Positions 1 to 12,320 of a stretch of DNA of 64,000 nucleotides are shown piece after piece; the first letter of the stretch is position 1, and the number at the start of each line of letters is the position of its first letter. Under the pieces are notes generated by a model. That model did no database searches, was not told the DNA's origin, and worked only from the letters and a program-made list of their open reading frames with translations. The position numbers and the translations under genes were made by a program. The stretch lies in assembly GCF_006345805.1 (NCBI RefSeq), contig NW_021833416.1, positions 1 through 64,000 of the forward strand. Reading direction: 5' to 3'. The DNA is from Octopus sinensis (Eukaryota).

Positions 1-27
1 CTACAAGCTCACGCACACACGCGCATG

Positions 28-372
28 CGAGGGTGTAGCCAATAGAAACCAGAAATTTGCAATATTATTTTATTCACTTAGTTTTACACATTTACATTTT
101 TATCGCCTTCAAAGTAACCTCCATTTGAAACAATAGATCGGTCCAGGCGCGTTTTCTACAATTCGAAGCAGCCCTGGAATTCTTGCGAAGTGATGCCTTT
201 TAACACCTTCCTTGTTTTTTTTTTCTTTCCCTATTCGAATAAGATCGGGTGAATAGTAAGGATGGATAGGCGGGGTCATGTTACTTTTGGTCAAAAACCA
301 TATCACACTCAAGGCGGTGTGCACAGGCGCATTGACATGATGAAACCACCACTCTCCACTCTCCATTGTGAT
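28..372 (-). mobile_element. Mariner (Tc1/mariner) transposon 3' fragment, decayed
   Basis: Minus-strand translation WWFHHVNAPVHTALSV...HPYYSPDL matches the mariner HHDNAP and PYSPDL motifs; TIR-like CGAGGGTG at 28. Confidence 0.85.
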
Positions 373-376
373 GTTT

Positions 377-377
377 A

Positions 378-442
<65 letters not shown>

Positions 443-470
443 CAATAACAATGATAATAATAATAATATA
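377..470. repeat. (TAA)n microsatellite
   Basis: Directly visible. Confidence 0.95.
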
Positions 471-587
471 TTGCAGAGATATGCTTGCATAACAAGTCTG
501 CTGAGACAAAAACAACTGCAGCGTGGAAGGTGTTCATAAGACATTTAAAGACATACACAAACCGTTAGATTCACTTCAACATTTAAA

Positions 588-716
<129 letters not shown>

Positions 717-961
717 AATATATAAAATTAGAAAAAAAACACATTTTATCTATTCATATTGAAAACTTAAATTATACCATTTAGAAAAATTACATATCAA
801 AAATCAATATAAGATAAAACTATAACAATAATTAAGTATATGCAAATAATAAATAAAACGTATATATACATATATATAGTATATAGATTATATTATTATA
901 TTATATATATATAGATATAGATAGATAGATAGATAGATATATAGATAGATAGATAGATAAA

Positions 962-1110
962 TAGTTTCTTTATTAGCCACACAATGGGCTGCACACAGAC
1001 AGGACAAATTACAAGGTAGAGCTTTTCTTTTGGGTAAAAAAGGGGGTTGGTTTTCGATCAAAAGGAATCGTAAAAGGAAAGATAGAGGACAAAAAAGGGG
1101 AGGATTTAAA
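962..1110 (-). mobile_element. Probable non-LTR retrotransposon 3' tail embedded in (GATA)n
   Basis: Minus strand ends TTTGTCCTGTCTGTGTGCAGCCC..GTGTGGCTAATAAAGAAA, similar to the SINE-B tail; flanked on both sides by (GATA)n. Confidence 0.45.
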
Positions 1111-1420
1111 AATAAATAAATAAATAAATAAAAAAAGACAGATAGATAGATAGATAGAGATATGTAGATATATTTGTATGTCTGTATTTATGTAAATTGA
1201 TAGGTAGACAGTTCTAGATATTTATAAGTATATGTATATGTGATATACAGTGTATTAAAATTTTCATTCTACCAATACAACCTTTAGTTTTACTTCACTT
1301 CTTTTATAGGTTGACTAAATGTTACGTCACTCTGCAATCACCTTTAACATTTTTGCTGAGTATATGTTTGCTTACGGTCTTTCTACAGACGCATGTATTA
1401 TATTTGTGTGTGCACGCGTG

Positions 1421-1481
<61 letters not shown>

Positions 1482-1857
1482 TGTGTGTGTGTGTGTGGAT
1501 GTGTGTGTGTGCGCGCGAGCGTTTTTGTCTTTCCACATGTCCGTATCTCTTATTTTCGTGAATTTAGTCCTCTCGTCAATCAGGCAGGCCATATCATCCA
1601 CAATCAGTCTGCCATCTGTTTTCCTCATCACTTCAGTGCATACAATCGGTCATTTTACCAGTCTGGTGTCATAATACATACTTACATATTATAAATATAT
1701 CCACCGTGTTTCGAAGTTTTCAGTGCATTGCACTCAAAACTTGGAGCCATTTAACGATATGAAAGCAAGAAAAAAATATTTTCATTTCATAGTATAGGTG
1801 TGTATACAAAGACACATACATGCACACTCAGCACGCGTACGATTATGCATACTTTTG

Positions 1858-2284
1858 TTTACTCTTTTACTTGTTTCAGTCATCTGACTGCGGCCATGCT
1901 GGAGAACCACCTTTAGTCGAGCAATTCTATTCCAGGATTTATTCTTTGGAAGCCTCAGTACTTATTCTATAGGTCTCTTTCGCCGAACCGCTAAGTTAAA
2001 GGGACGTAAACACACCAGCATCGGTTGTCAAGCGATGTTGGGGGGACAAACACAGACACACAAACATATACACACACATACATATATACATACACATACA
2101 CACATATATATATACATATATATGACAAGCTTCTTTCAGTTTCCCGTCTACCAAATCCACTTACAAGGCTTTAGCTGGGCCAAAGCTATAGTAGAAGACA
2201 CTTGCCCAAGGTGTCACACAGAGGGAATGAACCCGGAACCATGTGGTTGGTAAGCAAGCTACTTACCACACAGCCACGCCTATG
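1858..2284 (-). mobile_element. tRNA-derived SINE family A (CORE-like; resembles octopus OR-type SINEs)
   Basis: Head with box A TGGCTGTGTGG and box B GGTTCANTCC, CORE-like CCTTGGGCAAGT, internal (TA)/(TG) tract, AAGAGTAA tail; repeated many times in the window. Confidence 0.88.
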
Positions 2285-2390
2285 CATCTATTGCTAGTTA
2301 ATTAGTTCTTTCAGATTTTGGCACAAGGATAGACAATAAATTTAGTAGGCGAGTTTTTTCAGTATTATCCACAAAAAATACTTGAAGGGG

Positions 2391-3064
2391 GTGGGGTGAA
2401 GAGTTTGTAATGGTTGCTAGAAATTTCCATACCGCCTTAATAATCAAATAAGGATCTTTATTTCTTTATTGCTCACAGGGGACAAACAAGGACAGACACA
2501 GGGATTAAGTCGGGTACATCAATCCCAGTGCGTAACTGGTATTTATGTAATCGACTCCGAAAGGATGAAAGACAAAGTCGACCTCGGCGGAATTTGAACT
2601 CAAAACGTAACGGCATTTTGCCCGGCGTGCAAATGATTCTGCCAGCTCGCCGACCTAATGAAATAAGGATATTGACAAGGAAAATAATAAGAAAAGCTGA
2701 GCAAAACACAAACAGCAGAATATAAAGCAATGTCATATAGTTGGTGAACTGTCAGAATCGTTAGCGTGTCGGAGTAGTTTCAATATCCTTATTTCATTAG
2801 GTCGGCGAGCTGGCAGAATCATTTGCACGTCGGGCAAAATGCCGTTATGTTTTGAGTTCAAATTCTGCCGAGGTCGACTTTGCCTTTCAGCCTTTCGGAG
2901 TCAATTAAATAAGTACCAGTTATGCACTGGAGTCGATGTAAACGACTTAATCCCTTTGTCTGTCCTTGTTTGTCCCCTCTGAGCAATAAAGAAATAAAGA
3001 TCCTTATTTCATTATTAAGGCGGTATCGAAATTTCTAGCAACCATTACAAACTCTTCACCCCAC
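2391..3064. repeat. Long inverted duplication: arms 2391-2675 and 2780-3064, 104-bp spacer, each arm with a SINE-B copy plus flank
   Basis: Arms are reverse complements at about 94% by eye, including non-SINE flank and the same internal deletion; TSD ATCCTTATTTCATTA around the SINE in the right arm. Confidence 0.92.
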
Positions 3065-3587
3065 ACCTATCAACTCCTAATCTGTTATTGTCACAGCAGG
3101 AGTTTGTTTAAACTGGTCCCTTTCTTCCTCATTATAATGGGCTCCAATGATTACTTTAAATATATGAAGTAAAATCTAATGGGGTCTTGTTCCTTCGAGG
3201 TTTTTCTTACCTCGTCCGTGGACACTGAATTTTATTCCTGTTGCTATTAAGGGAGAACTACAGGAGTTTGCTGAAGCCCTGTGCATTGCCTTCACAGTTT
3301 CCGCTGTGACTATACGTACAAATAGGGGTTTTTTTGTTAGTCTTTCTGTGGGCATCCTGACGGCATGTTTATTTTAATAATCCGCGATAAACGGCGAACA
3401 GCAGATAACCAGGTGTCAACTAGCTTTGTTTTTCTTAGACTTAACAACTGCACTAATTTCTAGATTTAGCATGGATTATTTTGATCGGTTAAACACCACC
3501 ACACTCACACACACACACACACATATATATATATTATATACATATATATACATATATATATATATACTATATTATATATATATATAT

Positions 3588-3651
<64 letters not shown>

Positions 3652-3660
3652 TATATACAT

Positions 3661-3696
<36 letters not shown>

Positions 3697-3889
3697 ACAG
3701 ATACATACACATGTGTTCGCTAGCGGAAATACTTATCTCCTATATTACAAATAGAACTTAGTTCACTCAAATATTCTATCAAACAATTAGCGTATTTTCA
3801 TGCTTTTCTTCTTATATATACCTACATATATATACACGTGTGTATGTGTGTGTATGTATAGTATGATATTATATAATATTATATGATGT

Positions 3890-4103
3890 ATGGGTTTCAA
3901 ATTTCGGCACAAGGCCAGCAATTTGGAGGAAAGCGTGTAGGCAATGACATCAACTCTGTACTTAACCAGTACTGTTATCGACCCCGAAGGGATGAAACGC
4001 AAAGTCAACTTCGGGGGAATTTGAACTCAGAATATAAAGACAGACGAATTGCTGCTAAGCATTTTACCCGTCGTACTAACGTTTCTGCCAGCCAGCTGCC
4101 TTA
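3890..4103 (-). mobile_element. SINE family B, diverged copy
   Basis: GGAATTTGAACTCAGAA (reverse box B) and ATCGACCCCGAAGGGATGAAA core. Confidence 0.8.
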
Positions 4104-4149
4104 GCTAGATTAACTAAAGATTATACATACATTGATGCAAACCGACACG

Positions 4150-4408
4150 AATGGGATTCCTGTAGATCCGTTTGACGCTAAAATTGATGTTTAAGCGACT
4201 GAACACTCTTGTGGCACACATACAAAGTGGTTATGCATGACTCAGCATGTGACAAATACAGGTACTACTCTTTCAAATACAGGTACTACTCAGCTGAGTG
4301 GACTGGGGCAACGGGAAATAAAGTGTTTTGCTCAAGGACACAACGCATCGCCAGACGTCGAACTCACGATCGTCAGCCAAGTACCCTAAGCACTTAGCCA
4401 CTCTCCTT
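4150..4408 (-). mobile_element. tRNA-derived CORE-like SINE family C, diverged
   Basis: Minus strand TGGCTAAGTGCTTAGGG...GAGTTCGA...TTGTGTCCTTGAGCAAAACAC (tRNA head plus CORE-like segment). Confidence 0.65.
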
Positions 4409-4517
4409 CACACACACACAAACACACACACACACACACACCCACACACACACATACACATGTGCATGTGCATATAAATAATATATACATACATACACAT
4501 ATATATATACATTATAT

Positions 4518-4566
<49 letters not shown>

Positions 4567-4650
4567 GAAATATAGATATATATACATACATATATATATA
4601 TATATATATAGAAATATACATATATATACATAAATATATAATATATATAT

Positions 4651-4721
<71 letters not shown>

Positions 4722-5008
4722 TATATATATATATTATATATATACGTATATATATATAATATATATATATATATTATATGTGTGTGTGTGTCTGTGTCTG
4801 TAGGTTTTTTTTCGCATTCATATATTAAATAATTTAGATCTTAAATATAAAAATATGAACCATTATTTTATGCTAATTTAGTGCGTGTGTTTTTATTGGC
4901 TAAACTGGCAATATGACCATCCGAAATATAACAATATCTGTTTCAACACACGACTTCACATAAAAAATCTTGCACAACGATATTTAAACGTATATATATA
5001 TAATATAT

Positions 5009-5055
<47 letters not shown>

Positions 5056-5429
5056 TGTGTGTGTAGTATGTATGTTATATGTATGTGTATGTATATACGA
5101 AGGTGGACAGGAGAAGCAAACATTAGGACAGGCAAAAAGAGACGAGTCATTCGTGGCCTTTTCTCATTTCATTCCTTTCCTGTTATTTTGTTTATCCCTC
5201 ATTTCCCGCTCTGTTGCGCTTTTATCTCCTATTCAGCAAAAGATGCGGGTCAATATTCATCACATGCGTAGGACCACCGGGTCTGGTATGACTAATAGAG
5301 GCATTGATGAGATCGGTTAATTGTTTGGTAACGTTAGTTAGTTATTGTTCTATTAGATTCAAGGCGACGAGCTGACAGAATCATCAGCACAACGGGCAAA
5401 ATACTTAGCGGCATTTCGTCCGTCGACAC

Positions 5430-6412
5430 AGAAATAAAAGACGGACGAAATACCTATTTCTTTACTACCTACAAGGGACTTAAACACAGAGAGGACAAAC
5501 AATGACAGACAAACGGAGTAAGTCGATTATATCGACCCCAGTGCGTAACTGGTACTTATTTAATCGACCCCCGTAAGGATGAAAGGCAAAGTCGACCTCG
5601 GCGGAATTTGAACTCAGAACGTAGCAGCAGACAAAATACCTATTTCTTTATTACCCACAAGGGGCTAACACAGAGGGGACAAACAAGAACAGACAAACGG
5701 ATTAAGTCGATTATATCGACCCATTGCGTAACTGGTACTTATTTAATCGACCCCCGAAAGAATGAAAGGCAAAGTCGACCTCGGCGGATTTGAACTCAGA
5801 ACGTAGCAGCAGACAAAATACCTATTTCTTTATTACCACAAGGGGCTAAACACAGAGAGGACAAACAAGGACAGACAAAGGGATTAAGTCGATATATCGA
5901 CCCCAGTGCGTAACTGGTACTTATTTAATCGACCCCAAAGAATGAAAGGCAAAGTCGACCTCGGCGGAATTTGAACTCAGAACGTAGCAGCAGACAAAAT
6001 GCCTATTTCTTTATTACCCACAAGGGGCTAAACACAGAGAGGACAAACAATGACAAACGGATTAAGTCGATTATATCGACCCCAGTGCGTACTGGTACCA
6101 ATTTAATCGACCCCTCGAAAGAATGAAAGGCAAAGTCGACCTCGGCGGAATTTGAACTCAGAACGTAGCAGCAGACAAAATACCTATTTCTTTATTACCC
6201 ACAAGGGGCTAAACACAGAGAGGGCAAACAATGACAGACAAACGGATTAAGTCGATTATATCGACCTCAGTGCGTAACTGGTACTTATTTAATCGACCCC
6301 CGAAAGAATGAAAGGCAAAGTCGACCTCGGTGGAATTTGAACTCAGAACGTAGCGGCAGACGAAATACTGGTAAGCATTTCGCCCGGCGTGCTAACGTTT
6401 CTACCAGCTTGT
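5430..6412 (-). repeat. Head-to-tail array of five ~181-186-bp SINE-B units plus one complete head
   Basis: Unit junction AAATACCTATTTCTTTA recurs at about 5448, 5634, 5816, 5997 and 6178; full tRNA-like head only at about 6357-6412. Confidence 0.93.
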
Positions 6413-6505
6413 CGAATTCAGTTATCTCCTGTATTACAAATTAAACTTGTTTTACGCAAATAGATCTATCGAAATAATTAAGATATTTTTATGCTTTTCT
6501 TCTTA

Positions 6506-7003
6506 CAGTGAACCCTCGGTTATCGCGGTAGATTGGTTCCGAAACCGGTCGCGATAAGTGAATTTCCGCGAAGTAAGGACACCATATTTACAGTACTTAT
6601 TTAATGTGTATTTGGAGTATTAAAACCCTCCCTGTACTGTTAACAACCCACCCATTGCAGTAGTCTATTAATAACAAGGACAACTGTTAAGCAATTACAC
6701 TTTAGATTTAAAAAATAAAGATTGTTACTGTTACACAGACCAGATTGCAAAATAGAAAGCTGTGATTCGTCGTCTCTCTCCATTGCACCAATCACAGCCC
6801 ATCTTAAGTTCAAATACCTCTGTATATGCATTTTTGCTATTTTACGCTTGCTTTGTTGTTCCTAGACTAGGAAATAATATTTATTATTAATATTTTAATG
6901 GATTTAATGAAACATTTTAGGCGCTCATATATATATATTTTTTGAAAATCTGCGAAGTCGTGAAACCGCGATAGTTGAAGCTCGAAGTGGCGAGGGATCA
7001 CTG
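6506..7003. mobile_element. Non-autonomous pogo/Tigger-like DNA transposon (MITE)
   Basis: TIRs CAGTGAACCCTCG / CGAGGGATCACTG, TA on both sides, subterminal CCGCGATA repeats, no ORF. Confidence 0.85.
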
Positions 7004-7237
7004 TATCTTAACCACAAAACCATGTCTTTGTGCCATCAGATTTTCTTATAAATTCCCTATATTTAAACGAGCGAGGAATTTGTGAATTCCGTACAAGCAT
7101 TTCTTGTTGGTATAACTGCACCGTGTTATTGGAAAATGACTGATGAGCGAAAAACACAGTTTAACTATCGTTTTTCTTAGCTACAACATAGCTAACGCAG
7201 TATTCACTTAAATCTTCAATAAATACGGTGTGTATAT

Positions 7238-7522
7238 TGTGATCACGTGATCGACCAACCTATCGGATATTATACATCGCTGGCCACATTGTGCTTTGCA
7301 TCGTTTAAGCCTTCGAATGAGGCCTGCCTCCTGGCTAGGAGACCAGACCAACTTCTCCCACCCCATCCAATCGGAAATTAGTCCGTTACGGTGTTACCGA
7401 TTTACCGCAACATGAATTCAAGTGTTTTGACGAAGAACACAACCCGCGACTCGATCCGGGAATCGAACCGCAATCGCTAAATAATGAGCGCAACACACTA
7501 ACCTCTAGGACAAGTGCCCTTA
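7238..7522 (-). mobile_element. SINE family D, diverged copy
   Basis: Similar to 43165-43456 (GATCAC..GACC..CATCGCTGGCCACA..GGGAATCGAAC). Confidence 0.65.
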
Positions 7523-8353
7523 CCGTGCACATCGTAATCGTCAGTAAATTATTTCTTGTATTGTTCTAGTTCCATTCTATCATTCGGATTATGGTGTTCG
7601 TTCGAAATATCGAAATATATCTTCAGATATTAAAAGCGGAGTAACGAAGTAGAGCAACGGTGATGGTGGTGGTGGTGGTGGTAGAGAAGGAGGAGGAATG
7701 GTGTGTGAGAGTGAAACACTGTGGCGGTGGTGGTGATGGTGTTGAGGATGGGGGGTGGAGCAGGAATGGTGTGTGAGAGTGAAGCACTGTTTATTGAGAC
7801 CAGATTAAGGAATTCTCTATTAAAACTTGAAATGACTTCACACAAACTCAAATATTAAATTCAGCAGATGTAAACCGTCATAAACAATTATATGGTAATA
7901 TCCCCGGAGGGAAGGAAGTGTGTGGGTGTATTGTATACACACACACACACGTACAATAAATATATATTATATATGTGTGTATATATATATACACACACAG
8001 AGACACAAACACAAATAATATATACAATATACACACACTTGCACACACACACATACATACATATGTATAATTATATATTTATAATTAAAGATATATGTGT
8101 ACATATATGTATACATATGTGTATGCATATATGCATATATGTATATATATACGCATATATGCAAGTATATATATGCATACATATATGTGTATAATATATA
8201 CAATATACACACACTTGCACACATACACATACATCCATATATATATTTATATATATATAATTAAACATATATGTATCATATGTGTATACATATATGTATA
8301 TTTATGCACACATATATATGCAAGTAAATATATGTATACATATTTGTGTATGC

Positions 8354-8386
<33 letters not shown>

Positions 8387-10401
8387 TACATACACATATG
8401 TGTGTATCCGTCGTTGTATGTAGGTTTGTACGAATGTTTGCAAGTATGTGAGGTGGAGAGGGGGAGAAAGAGGAGGAGGAGAGGGTGGTAATTAGTCGAG
8501 AGAAAAGATGTACATCATATATGAAGGTCAAACCACAACAGTCAGTCATTATTAGATGAAATGAACTTCATGTCAAAATCGAAGTAAGCTAGATTTCTGA
8601 CCTACAAAGGTGTGCAATTTCAACCGACAAACTAATTAGACATTATGGGAGAAAAGGTTTGGATTGTTCACTGTGTTGATTGCATATTCATGTTATAGAA
8701 ATTTAGTGTCATTTAACCAGAGAATTCACATTCAATCATGGTTTTCCTTTTATTTTCGCCATACATATAGCGGGGGATCATTCGATTCGTCTGTCGATAA
8801 AACCCTCTGCCATCCGCATCAACTGATGCGAATTGCAGAATTTGGTGATTAACGACTCCCCGAACGCACAATGCGGCTCTTAGATCCCATCGTTCGAACA
8901 GACACGGAAACAACTGTGTGGTAAGCAGCTGTCTAATGATTGAAGCAAGCAAAAGATCTGGAAACCATCCGCGTGAATTAAAATTTAGAGCGGTTTTATA
9001 TTAAGTACCACTTGATTTGCCGTACTCCAGTGAGAAAGCACCGCGTGAATTAATCGGAAATCCAGACCGCTTACATCCACACTGAACACAATTAAAATGA
9101 AGACTTTAATTTGTAATTCTTTTAGTTTAACACATAAAGCTCGACTGGCCACGAACGTGGCCCTCACGCCGCGATCATAGCCCATATAGATGTATTTAAT
9201 TTATAGGTATCTGTTGGGGTCTACTGTCACTCAAATGCTCCGATGCCCCCCAGAATGCGAGAGGACTAATAGTTCAACTAATGACTTTTCAAATGATGTA
9301 AAACTTGCCACCATTATATACTAGAAGATATTTTAACTATTTTTTTGTTTTTTTTTATGTGTGTATGGTAGTCTCATTTTCATAAAATGTCCCCAGCATG
9401 CAAATCCCAGCCCTTTATGTGTTAAAGAGGTTGTTGAGAAATCTCAACGACACTGAATTATATTTCTGACCAACTTAATTTCTCATAATCTCAATTATTT
9501 TACTATAATTAATACGCAGCCATAATTAAATAAGTTTCAGCGACAGAGAGAAGTGTATTTTGCACCAAAATCGAATATGGGAGTTTCTCTCGTGATATCT
9601 ATCACAGTATAATTTGTTCTAACAGAACACCCACGTATAAGTGGCATAAATATAACCTTTCGTTATTAATACTGCTTCTGTCGCTTTTATATATACTTTA
9701 ACAAACTCCCAGAGCTAATCGTAACACCAGCTTCTGTTCTGACACTTTCTTAATATATGGTTGGCGAGGAGACGAGTCGCTGCTATCTCTAGCGATTGAA
9801 CGTCCAGCATTGATAAAACCAAGGAAGGCCGAAATCAAGTGATCTGGTGACCTCAGTACTGGAGATGGCGTGGATTTCTCTCCCCACCAGCGATATAAGC
9901 AAGAGCGAATTTTACACCAAAAGCCAAATTGAGAGTTTCTCTCAAGGTATTTTCCGCAGTATAGTTTGTCCTAACAGAACATAACCGTTTAAGTGAGGGA
10001 TAAATAATAGTACCTATTAGTTTTATATATGAAGCATATACATTCATTACACCCGTATTTGCCTTATTCTACAATGCTTGACGTGAAATAGTGTTTTCCC
10101 CACACCACATCAATAGTCAGTTTGGTCCTTTGGAATTCCACGTCTACCGTTTTCTTCGTCATCAGCTGTTGACCTACAGCTGTTCAGCTTTCGATGTTTA
10201 ATGTCAGCTGTTTCAAATGGCCTGTGAATGCTAATTCCCAGGGCTCTTTGCTTTCCAATCCAACCCTTTGATTAAAGAAAGAGAAAAACCCTATAGCGGG
10301 AAAAAAATGAACCTAATATCGGTTCTACTATTATTATCATTATTATTATTATCATTATTATTATTATTATTATTATTAGTAGTAGTAGTAGTAGTAGTGG
10401 T

Positions 10402-10442
<41 letters not shown>

Positions 10443-10639
10443 TAGTAGTAGTATTGTTGTTGTTGTTGTTGTTCTTTTGTTAGTATTATTATATTTGAGA
10501 TAATAATATTTTTACTACTAATAACCCACAACATGCAAAATATTCTTCTCCATAACATTAAGAATAAGGCTCAGCTATTGAAACAATGATGAAAGATAAA
10601 TGATGAGGATGGTGTGGTCTGTAGCCTTTGTTAATGACA

Positions 10640-10991
10640 ATTACGACGACGACGACGACGACGATGACAACAATGTTGATAACGATAATGATGATGATGA
10701 TAATGTTATTATAATGAAGATGATGATGATGACGATGACGATGATGATGCTAATGTTTATGAAGACGGTGACGATGATGATGATATGATGATGATGATGA
10801 TGATGATGGCAATGTTTATGAAGATTGTGATGACAACGATAATGATGATGATGTTGATGATGATGGTAATGTTTATGAAGACGGTGATGATGATGATGAT
10901 GATTATAATGATGTCGATCATGATGATGATGATTATGATGATAACCACGATGATAATATGATGATGATGATGGCAATGTTTAAGAAGATGG

Positions 10992-11028
<37 letters not shown>

Positions 11029-11135
11029 GGTAATGATGATGGTAATGTTTATGAAGATGGTGATGACGATGATAATGATGATAATGATGACGATGTTAAT
11101 GATGAAAATGATGACGATGATGAAGAAGAAACTTA
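10640..11135. repeat. (GAT)n low-complexity block with a higher-order unit GATGATGGYAATGTTTATGAAGAYGGTGAT
   Basis: About 5 copies of the AATGTTTATGAAGA-type motif between (GAT)n runs. Confidence 0.85.
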
Positions 11136-11270
11136 GATGATATTCGCGAGTCGACTGGCTGCAAATATTCTGATAAAGCTCCCTCGAAGCTGCACCTATT
11201 AACTTCGTTGATTGCGATGCTAATTGGGTATTTGAAGCTGAGCCAAAAATATAACCAGAAACACACCCAT

Positions 11271-11301
<31 letters not shown>

Positions 11302-11860
11302 CACACACACACGCACGTGCACGTGTGCACACATGCATGAACACGCACATATGACCTTAAACAATAGAAACCCACAACAACAAGAACAAGAACAGCAGCA
11401 AGAACAGCAGCTTCCACACAATAGCCACACCGCGGTTTACATCAAACGGATGCTTTAATTTATTTTCCCCTTTTATTTTTAATTCCATTTATAAAGAATA
11501 CGAACAAAACAAAAGACAAGACACCAGAGACAATATGGCAGATGTTTTAGACTAAAATAAAGGCATTTATTCCTTGCCGCTATTAATTTTGTTGTTGCTG
11601 TTGTTGTTGTTGTTTATTAAATATTGTTGTTATTTATCTGGTTGTGTCCAGTTAACAACTTATCCCATCTTATTTCGTTCAACCATATCAGCTCCGGGGG
11701 ATTCGTTTAATCTTCTCTCCTTCATATACTCCACCATACAGCACAGCATAAGCACCCAACAGTTTTCTTAATGTATTTTTTGCCGTTTGTTTTTTTTGTT
11801 GTTTCTTATTTGGCATTGTTTGTCACACCGACTATCGATTAAGAGGAAATATTTGGCATG

Positions 11861-12024
11861 AGGCGTAGGAGTGGCTGTGTGGTAAGTAGCTTGTTTACCA
11901 ACCACATGGTTCCGGGTTCAGTCCCACTGCGTGGCATCTTGGGCAAGTGTCTTCTACTATAGCCTCGGGCCGACCAAAGCCTTGTGAGTGGATTTGGTAG
12001 ACGGAAACTGAATAGAAGCCCGTC

Positions 12025-12058
<34 letters not shown>

Positions 12059-12288
12059 GCATGTGTGTGTTTGTGTGTCTGTGTTTGTCCCACTAGCATT
12101 GCTTGACAACCGATGCTGGTGTGTTTATGTTCCCGTAACTTAGCGGTTCGGCAAAAGAGACCGATAGAATAAGTACTGGGCTTACAAAATAATAAGTCCC
12201 GGGGTCGAGTTGCTCGTTTAAAGGCGGTGCTCCAGTATGGCCGCAGTCAAATGACTGAAACAAGTAAAAGAGTAGAAAAGTAAGAGTA
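11861..12288 (+). mobile_element. SINE family A, full length
   Basis: GGCGTAGGAGTGGCTGTGTGGTAAG...GGTTCAGTCCC...AAGTAAAAGAGT. Confidence 0.92.
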
Positions 12289-12320
12289 TATAATATCGGT
12301 GATAAGGCGGAATATATATT

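Noticed and set aside
1530-1690. Minus-strand RLIVDDMACLID as an RLE relic or exon (also IDFTCQW near 17534)
   Set aside because: A single weak motif with no supporting context.
4158-4180. miR-10-like CCTGTAGATCCG
   Set aside because: Partial match inside a decayed SINE; the seed start and hairpin are missing.
5430-6412. CRISPR-like array
   Set aside because: Units are near-identical over their whole length with no unique spacers; they are SINE-derived, no cas genes are present and the context is eukaryotic.
7135-7170. CTGATGAGCGAAA minimal hammerhead core
   Set aside because: Stem II is essentially absent and no stem I partner follows the putative cleavage site; likely chance.
9146-9162. 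GC hairpin GGCCACG-AA-CGTGGCC (and the 13-bp hairpin at 39241-39269) as a Helitron end or terminator
   Set aside because: No CTRR terminus at the expected distance; bacterial-type terminators do not apply here.
10600-11135. Acidic DDGNVYEDGDD-repeat protein
   Set aside because: The Asp frame is broken by several frame shifts; better explained as a compound microsatellite.
11861-11935. tRNA genes at SINE heads (families A-D and 46604-46676)
   Set aside because: Boxes A/B are present but there is no proper acceptor stem, and each continues into a repeated SINE body.
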